Shown here: positions 1-5,192 of the stretch, piece after piece
Layout: each line of letters opens with the position of its first letter
Numbering within the stretch: position 1 is the stretch's first letter
Assembly (NCBI RefSeq): GCF_018420025.1
Contig: NZ_JAEDAM010000065.1
Span: 1 to 5,192, forward strand
DNA from: Candidatus Vampirococcus lugosii
Lineage (GTDB): Bacteria > Patescibacteriota > Gracilibacteria > Absconditabacterales > Absconditicoccaceae
Direction: 5' to 3'
Length of the DNA stretch: 5,192 nucleotides
Program-made: the position numbers and the translations under genes
The notes under the pieces: model-generated
Databases searched by the model: none
The model's input: the letters and a program-made list of their open reading frames with translations, nothing else
Told to the model about the DNA's origin: nothing

Positions 1-1
1 C

Positions 2-646
2 TTTATATTATGAAATATTAGATATGATTTGGTATGAGAAATTATGAAAAATACTTTACTTACTAGGAAAACGATAGTAAAAATTTTATCAAAAATTCAT
101 ACTATTAAATTTGAGCAATTCAAAATCAATCCAGAAGATTTTATCAAAAAAGTATCTAATTTTATAAATGAACAAAAAGCTTCAACATTGATAAACAATA
201 TTGTTTATAATGCAATAGATCAAAAATATGATAGTGATATATTTACTATAAATAATTTCAAATGATCATTGAAAGACAATATTTTACAAGTGCAAAAACA
301 TATTTATGATTATGTCAAAACGGATTCACAAGTAGAAAGAAATTTAGCTTGAGAACTTGAAACTTGAGAAATTTTAGTATATGCAAAGTTGCCTTCTTCA
401 TTCAAAATACCAACTCCGATATGAAACTACAATCCAGATTGGGCAATTGTAATTGATAAAAAAGATGTTAAATATGTTTATTTCATTGCTGAAACAAAAT
501 GAAGTTTGGAAACTTTACAATTAAAATGAGCAGAAGATTTAAAAATACAATATGCAAAAAAACATTTTGAAGCTCTTTGAAATAATGATATTAAATATGA
601 AGTTATTGCCTGATATTCTGATTTGATGCAGGAAGTTTTTAGGTAG
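2..646 (+). CDS. res: Type III restriction endonuclease Res subunit, C-terminal 214 codons (5' end lies off-window), including the PD-(D/E)xK nuclease domain; requires TGA=Gly
   Basis: The frame of position 2 is open from the window edge to TAG 644-646 if the 10 in-frame TGAs (11, 35, 263, 350, 365, 422, 500, 527, 578, 611) are sense. The track ORF 44-265 is an internal fragment. The translation reads ...LTRKTIVKILSKI...HIYDYVKTDSQVERNLAGELETGEILVYAKLPSSFKIPTPIGNYNPDWAIVIDKKDVKYVYFIAETKGSLETLQLKGAEDLKIQYAKKHFEAL... It has the nuclease core P-D (434-439) and E-x-K (491-499). It also matches the KLPxxFxIxTPxGxYxPDWA / ETKG / KHF pattern I remember from COG3587-type Type III Res C-termini. There are no GGN codons in the fragment, so all Gly would come from TGA. 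Family call from memory, not searched. Confidence 0.8.
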
Positions 647-711
647 TTTGATTTTGGAAAATATAAGTTTATTAAAATATAAATAAAGTAAAATAAATAA
701 ATGAGCTTCAA

Positions 712-749
712 AAAAAATATTTAAATTTTATATTTAAAAAATATTTAAA
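712..749. repeat. 14-bp perfect direct repeat AAAAAATATTTAAA (712-725 and 736-749) in the res-helicase intergenic spacer
   Basis: Read directly from the sequence: two identical copies 24 bp apart, separated by TTTTATATTT, and each contains the self-complementary core AAATATTT. The sequence is low-complexity A/T, so chance occurrence is not negligible. Confidence 0.4.
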
Positions 750-754
750 AAGAA

Positions 755-782
755 TTGATTAAATTATAATAATATATATAAT
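755..782 (+). promoter_or_regulatory. Putative sigma70-type promoter for the helicase operon: -35 TTGATT (755-760), 16-nt spacer, -10 TATAAT (777-782)
   Basis: The -10 hexamer is a perfect consensus match and the -35 is 4/6, with 16-nt spacing, about 40 nt upstream of ATG 822 in the only sizeable intergenic gap (647-821). TATAAT-like strings are common by chance in DNA this AT-rich, and promoter rules in this lineage are not established. Confidence 0.35.
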
Positions 783-802
783 GAATTTTAATTATATATA
801 TT
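771..802. repeat. Perfect 12-bp inverted repeat AATATATATAAT (771-782) / ATTATATATATT (791-802) with an 8-nt spacer, followed by TTTT (803-806)
   Basis: The arms are exact reverse complements as read from the sequence. The left arm contains the putative -10 box, and the element ends 20 nt before the helicase ATG. It could be an operator, a weak all-A/T hairpin, or low-complexity coincidence. Confidence 0.4.
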
Positions 803-821
803 TTTTGAAATTTAAAATAAA

Positions 822-3800
822 ATGCAATTATTTGATAATAAAACTCAAAAAGTTTGATATGACCTTAAAAATACTATTTGAAAAAATACTAAATTAAGTG
901 TAGCAGCTGCAATATTTTCTATTTATTGATTTGATAGTTTAAAAAAAGAATTATCAAATATTGATGAATTAAATTTTATATTTACAGATTGAGCATTTAT
1001 TGAAAAATCTAATAATAAAAAAGAAAAAAAATTATTTGAAATTAAATCAGATAATATAAAAAAAGCAATATCATGAACTGATTTTGAAATAAATCTAAAA
1101 AATAAAATGAAAGGTAGAAAAATTGCAAAAGAATGTAAAAAATGGATAGATTGAAAAGTAAAATTTAAATCTAATATTTCTTGAGATTATATACAAGAGC
1201 AATTTATTGTAGATAATAATGATCAAAAAATTATTTATCAATGAATAGAACAATTTAGTAGTTCATGATTTGGTTTTGAAAATGATAATTCTATTATAAG
1301 AAATATTATTAAAATTAATGATTATCAAATGAGTAAATCTTTTTTGGATTCTTTTAATCAAGTTTGGAATGATAATGAATCATTAAAAGATATAACTGAA
1401 GAAGTAGTTGATTATATTTCAAATTTATATAAAGAAAATTCTCCAGAATTTGTATATTATTTTACTTTATATAATATATTTGATGAATTTTTGGAAGATA
1501 TATCAGAAGATGAATTAGCAAATGAAAAAACAGGTTTCAAAGAATCTGTAATATGGAATCAAATGTTTGATTTTCAAAAAGATGCAGTTTTATGAATAAT
1601 AAATAAACTTGAAAGATATAATGGTTGTATACTTGCTGATAGTGTATGACTTGGTAAAACATTTTCAGCATTAGGAGTTATTAAATATTATCAAGAAAGA
1701 AATAAAAGTATTTTAGTTTTATCTCCCAAAAAATTATGAGATAACTGGCTTACTTTCTTAAATAATTATGAAGATAATTTACTTGTCAAAGATAGATTAA
1801 ATTATGATGTTTTATATCATACAGATTTATCAAGAAATAAATGAGATTCAAATTGAATTGATTTATCTCGTATAAATTGGTGAAATTATGATTTAATAGT
1901 AATTGATGAATCACATAATTTTAGAAATAATGTATCTAGAAAAGATAAAACTACTCGTTATCAAAAATTATTGAATAATATAATAAAAAAATGAGTAAAA
2001 ACTAAAGTTTTGATGCTTTCAGCAACTCCTGTAAATAATAAATTTACTGATTTAAAAAATCAAATATCACTTGCTTATGAATGAAATACAAACATAATTG
2101 ATGAAAAAATGGAAGTTTCAAAATCTATAGATACTATTTTATCAAATGCACAAAGAACATTTAATGAATGGTCAAAACTTGATTTAGAAAAAAGAACTTC
2201 TACCGAATTACTTAAAAGATTAAATATTAATTTTGATTTTTTTAAATTACTTGATTGAATAACTATTGCTAGAAGTAGAAAACATATAGAAAAATATTAT
2301 GATATATCCAAAATATGAAATTTTCCAAATAGACTTAAACCAAAAACTATAAGATCTAATATAACAAACTTGGAATCATTTATAAGTATAAAAGAATTAT
2401 ATGAATCTTTGTCAAAACTTAATATGTCAGTTTATAACCCATTTAATTATATACTTCCAAGTAAAATAAATTTTTATGATGATATTTATGATACAAATAT
2501 AGATACTTTTAGAAGTTTGAAACAAAATACAAGAGAACAGAGTTTGCAAAAACTTATGAAAGTAAATTTTTTAAAAAGATTAGAAAGTTCTATTGATTCT
2601 TTTAGAATTACTTTATGAAAATATATTTTAAAAATTGAAGATATTATTGCTAATATTGAAAAATTTGAAAAATATTGAACCAAAACAAATACAGATTTAA
2701 TTCAATACAATGAAGATGATATTGATGAAGATAATGATGATTGGATAGATGATGAATTTAGTGTATGAAATAAAGTAAAAATTAATCTTGAAGATATGGA
2801 TACATTATCTTGGAAGCAAGATTTACAAAAAGATTTATATATTGCTAGTGAAATATTAGAAGAAATGAATTTTGTTGAACCACAAAATGATAGTAAATTA
2901 AATGATTTGAAAGAAATTATTAAAAATAAAATTGAAAATCCTATAAATGAATGAAATAAAAAAATTATTATTTTTACAGCTTTTACTGATACAGCAAATT
3001 ATTTATACCAAAATTTAATTGATTATAATAAAAATTTTTGATTACAAACAGCAAAAATAAGTTGAGATTGAGTAAATGAATGTAGTTTTAAAACAGATAA
3101 ACAATTTAATAATTTACTTATAAATTTTTCTCCTATATCAAAATCAAGATCTAAATCAAAAGAAAATAATACTCAAATTGATATATTGATAGCAACAGAT
3201 TGTATAAGTGAATGACAAAATTTACAAGATTGCGATTATCTTATAAATTATGATATACATTGGAATCCTGTGAGAATTATTCAAAGATTTTGAAGAATTG
3301 ATAGAATATGATCTCAAAATAAAGATATACAACTTGTAAATTTCCGACCTCAATTATCTCTTGATGATTATATTGATTTGAAAAATAGAGTAGAAAATAA
3401 AATGAATATTGTATGAACTACAGCAACATGAGAAAATATTTTGACCAATAAATCAAGTGATCTTGAGTTTAGAAAAAAACAATTAGAGAAATTACAAAAT
3501 GAAGTTGTAGATATAGAAGATATGGATACAGGAATTTCTATTATGGATTTATGATTAAATGATTTTAGAATGGATCTCATAAATTATATAAATCAAAATT
3601 GAAAATTTAAATGAATACCTTATTGAATGCATACAGTTTGTAAAAAAAATTTATCTAAATGAATTGATGAATGAGTAATATTTATATTAAAAAATATTAA
3701 TAATGAAATTAATATTGAAAATACAAATCAATTACACCCGTTTTATGTAGTTTATATAAATAAATATTGAAAAATTTTATCTAATCATATCAATGTAAAA

Positions 3801-4067
3801 CATACTCTTGATGTTTTAAAATCTATATCTAAATGATATAATGAAGCTATAAAAGAAGTTTATGAATTATTTAATGAAGAAACTCAAGATTGAAAATATA
3901 TGGACAAATATTCTGAATTATTAAATCAATCTATACAATCAATTATAAGTATAAAAAATGAAACAGATATAGATAGTTTATTTAATGATTGATGAACATC
4001 TGATATAATGAATAATATTAAATGATTAAAAGATTTTGAACTCATTACTTTTATTGTTATCAAATAA
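822..4067 (+). CDS. SNF2-family (superfamily 2) DNA helicase/translocase, 1081 aa, with an N-terminal His-free domain (possibly a degenerate PLD-like fold) and an uncharacterised C-terminal domain of about 240 aa; requires TGA=Gly
   Basis: I translated codon by codon. There is no TAA/TAG in frame from ATG 822 (preceded by in-frame TAA 813-815) to TAA 4065-4067, with about 43 in-frame TGAs by hand count. Track ORFs 1329-1595 and 2370-2618 are fragments of this frame. Helicase motifs: FDFQKDAV (1566-1589); I ILADSVGLGKT (1629-1661, Gly=TGA 1647-1649); II VIDESH (1899-1916); III LSATP (2016-2030); V ATDCISEGQNLQ (3192-3227, Gly=TGA 3213-3215); VI HWNPVRIIQRFGRIDRIGS (3258-3314, Gly=TGA 3291-3293 and 3309-3311). 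The N-terminus MQLFDNKTQKVGYDLKNTIGKNTKLSVAAAIFSIYGFDSLKKEL resembles the N-termini of PLD-fused SNF2-like helicases as I remember them. Confidence 0.93.
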
Positions 4068-4069
4068 TT

Positions 4070-4690
4070 ATGATTTTAGAACTACCAAAAAATTGTTTAG
4101 TAGATAAATTTGTATCAAAGACTAAGTTTACATCTCAGGTACTTGTTAATACTAAACTCAAAGATGAGTTTACTCGTGAGATAAAAAGAATAACTTGGAA
4201 ATATAAACTTGCAGAAACTACTCTGATGATACAAGCAACTCAAAAAGTAAAAGAAATACAAATATTTGAGATAGAACTAAAGAATAAAGAGATACCAAAA
4301 AATGTACTCAAACTTATAGATAAACTTATTCCTTACTATATACTTTATTATTTCAAATATGAAAATAATTTTGCTTTTTGAATAACTCTCAAAGATAATG
4401 TAAGTAAAGATTATTATTTTTCAGACTGGAACGAAGAGTTAAAATTTAACTTTCATGCTATAAATCTAAAAATAGTACTAGAAAATATTATAAAGCAATT
4501 TATAAAAAGAGTAGATACAGATAATAATAACTTCCAAGATATAATTGAAAAAGACAAACAAATAACTATACTAACCAAAGAAATACAAGCATTAAAAAAT
4601 AAGATAAAACAAGAAAAGCAATTTAATAAAAAAGTAGAACTCAATAAAACTTTGCAAGAGAAACAAAAGCTTTTGTGAAAACTTAAATAA
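4070..4690 (+). CDS. DUF4391-like protein of unknown function, 206 aa, with a charged coiled-coil-like C-terminal tail; probably translationally coupled to the helicase
   Basis: ATG 4070 lies 2 nt after the helicase stop. The frame is open to TAA 4688-4690 with two sense TGAs (4379-4381, 4676-4678). Track ORF 4070-4381 is the N-terminal half. The sequence is MILELPKNCLVDKFVSKTKF...EIKRITWKYKLAETTLMIQATQKVKEIQIFEIELKNKEIPKNVLKLIDKLIPYYILYYF...YYFSDWNEE...KQEKQFNKKVELNKTLQEKQKLLGKLK. The LPK start, the ITWxYKL segment, EIQIFEIxL, LIDKxIPYxIL and the KQFNKKVELN tail match my recollection of Pfam DUF4391, a family usually encoded next to SNF2-type helicases. Confidence in the CDS itself is high. 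Confidence in the family call is about 0.65. Confidence 0.85.
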
Positions 4691-4711
4691 TTTATATACT
4701 AATATAGTAAT

Positions 4712-5101
4712 ATGGAAATTATATGATTAATAGTTATAACATATTTAATTATTATATTTGTAAATAGTTTTAGATCTCCATATAAAAAAAGATCAAAAGG
4801 AAGTTCTTACAATAATAATTACTATAAAAACAATACAAATGATGAAGATAATCTTCGAACTAATACTTATGATCAGCTCTGGGATAAGTACAAAGCAGAA
4901 ACAAAAACTCCACCACTTAATGCATTGGTTTCACGGGCATATGAAAACGGAGAAATATTCTCTGGAAGAAACAATTTTGATGATTTGAACCAAGAAGATA
5001 AAAAAACCATCTTAAGAATAGCTATATGTATATCTAAAAAAAAAGCTGCAGAAAAAGCTTTAGAAAAAATGATGGATATGAATCAATCAGGTGGATATTA
5101 A
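4712..5101 (+). CDS. Hypothetical small protein, 129 aa, with an N-terminal transmembrane anchor; absent from the standard-code ORF track
   Basis: ATG 4712 lies 21 nt after the DUF4391-like stop. TGA at codon 5 (4724-4726) hides the ORF under the standard code. 129 codons run to TAA 5099-5101 without TAA/TAG, which is improbable by chance in DNA this AT-rich. The sequence is MEIIGLIVITYLIIIFVNSF (hydrophobic helix), then RSPYKKRSK (basic), an N/Y-rich linker, and ...TNTYDQLWDKYKAETKTPPLNALVS.AYENGEIFSGRNNFDDLNQEDKKTILRIAICISKKKAAEKALEKMMDMNQSGGY. I recognise no family. Codon usage differs from the neighbouring genes (see findings). Confidence 0.6.
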
Positions 5102-5140
5102 TTAAAAACTTAACTAATTTATTTTATAAAACAACTACTT

Positions 5141-5192
5141 ATGCAAAAACTAGACCTACAAACTTTTGATAGTTTATCAAAAAATATAGAAG
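5141..5192 (+). CDS. Possible 5' end of a further plus-strand gene (MQKLDLQTFDSLSKNIE...), product unknown
   Basis: This is the first ATG after in-frame TAA 5111-5113, and the frame is open for 17 codons to the window edge on the same strand as the cluster. It is too short to evaluate. Confidence 0.25.
   Translation, partial: MQKLDLQTFDSLSKNIE

Noticed and set aside
44-265. Track ORFs 44-265, 1329-1595, 2370-2618 and 4070-4381 as independent small genes
   Set aside because: Each ends at a TGA and continues in the same frame into recognisable conserved protein sequence. They are fragments of res, the helicase (two of them; the 2370 start is an internal TTG Leu codon) and the DUF4391-like gene.
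478-711. Minus-strand ORF, 77 aa
   Set aside because: It lies antisense to the well-supported Res nuclease domain. Its translation is low-complexity and Phe/Ile/Tyr/Leu-rich, as expected from the reverse complement of AT-rich coding DNA, and it has no motifs.
771-806. The hairpin plus T-run as the rho-independent terminator of res
   Set aside because: The stem is entirely A/T and therefore weak. It lies about 125 nt downstream of the res stop and overlaps the best promoter candidate. It cannot be excluded, but it is not supportable as a terminator call.
781-897. Short plus-strand ORF from ATG 781 (38 aa, a different frame) overlapping the helicase start
   Set aside because: It is a low-complexity N/Y/I/K peptide that overlaps a strongly supported gene start and begins inside the palindrome. 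Nothing distinguishes it from chance.
2486-2683. Minus-strand ORF, 65 aa
   Set aside because: It is an antisense shadow ORF inside the helicase gene with a low-complexity hydrophobic translation and no supporting signal.
3368-3580. Minus-strand ORF, 70 aa
   Set aside because: It is an antisense shadow ORF inside the helicase gene, for the same reason.
822-4067. Assigning the SNF2 helicase to DISARM (drmD) or BREX
   Set aside because: The window contains no DUF1998/drmA-drmB-like, PglZ, BrxC or other signature genes. The neighbours are instead a Type III Res and a DUF4391-like gene. Flanking sequence would be needed to revisit this.
4453-4644. Minus-strand ORF, 63 aa
   Set aside because: It lies antisense to the Lys/Glu/Gln-rich tail of the DUF4391-like gene. 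Its Phe/Leu/Ile/Ser-rich translation is the expected mirror artefact.
1-5192. Genetic code 4 (TGA=Trp, Mycoplasma/Spiroplasma-like), an obvious first guess for AT-rich DNA with in-frame TGAs
   Set aside because: TGA falls on invariant glycines (GLGKT Walker A, SEGxNLQ, QRFGRxxRxG, ETKG). TGA=Trp would also give about 4.8% Trp and under 1% Gly in the helicase. TGG is used separately at typical Trp sites (PDWAIV, HWNP).
1-5192. Decayed pseudogenes carrying many nonsense mutations, or selenocysteine TGA codons
   Set aside because: All the apparent nonsense codons are TGA, with no TAA/TAG in over 1600 coding codons and no frameshifts. Catalytic motifs are intact. About 56 TGAs is far too many for Sec, and they sit at Gly positions rather than Cys-like positions.
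1-5192. CRISPR arrays, tRNA/rRNA genes, or IS/transposon ends
   Set aside because: There is no spaced repeat array and no GC-rich structured RNA-like segment. I saw no terminal inverted repeats or transposase/integrase-like translation in any frame. The only repeats are the short A/T elements at 712-802.

Overview
Very AT-rich prokaryotic window (roughly three-quarters A+T by eye) that only reads as coding DNA if TGA is a sense codon. Under the standard code it looks like a near gene desert with a few 60-100 aa ORFs. Those ORFs are fragments of larger genes. Reading TGA as glycine (translation table 25, the code of Gracilibacteria/BD1-5 and Absconditabacteria/SR1) gives four tightly packed plus-strand genes and the start of a fifth. 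(1) 2-646: the 3' end of a Type III restriction Res subunit with its PD-(D/E)xK nuclease domain. (2) 822-4067: a 1081-aa SNF2-family helicase with a His-free N-terminal domain of about 250 aa. (3) 4070-4690: a 206-aa protein that resembles DUF4391 and starts 2 nt after the helicase stop. (4) 4712-5101: a 129-aa N-terminally membrane-anchored protein that the standard-code ORF track misses. (5) 5141 onward: a possible gene start. TGA=Gly, not Trp, is shown directly because TGA sits at invariant glycines of helicase motifs I, V and VI (GLGKT, SEGQNLQ, QRFGRIDRIG) and of the Res ETKG motif. The most interesting biology is the Res + SNF2 helicase + DUF4391-like (+ small membrane protein) cluster. 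It looks like an uncharacterised restriction-associated defence module in a recoded candidate-phyla-radiation genome. A single CGA codon also falls where I expect Trp, which hints at the additional CGA/CGG reassignment reported for some Absconditabacterales. All family assignments come from motif recognition and memory. No searches were run.
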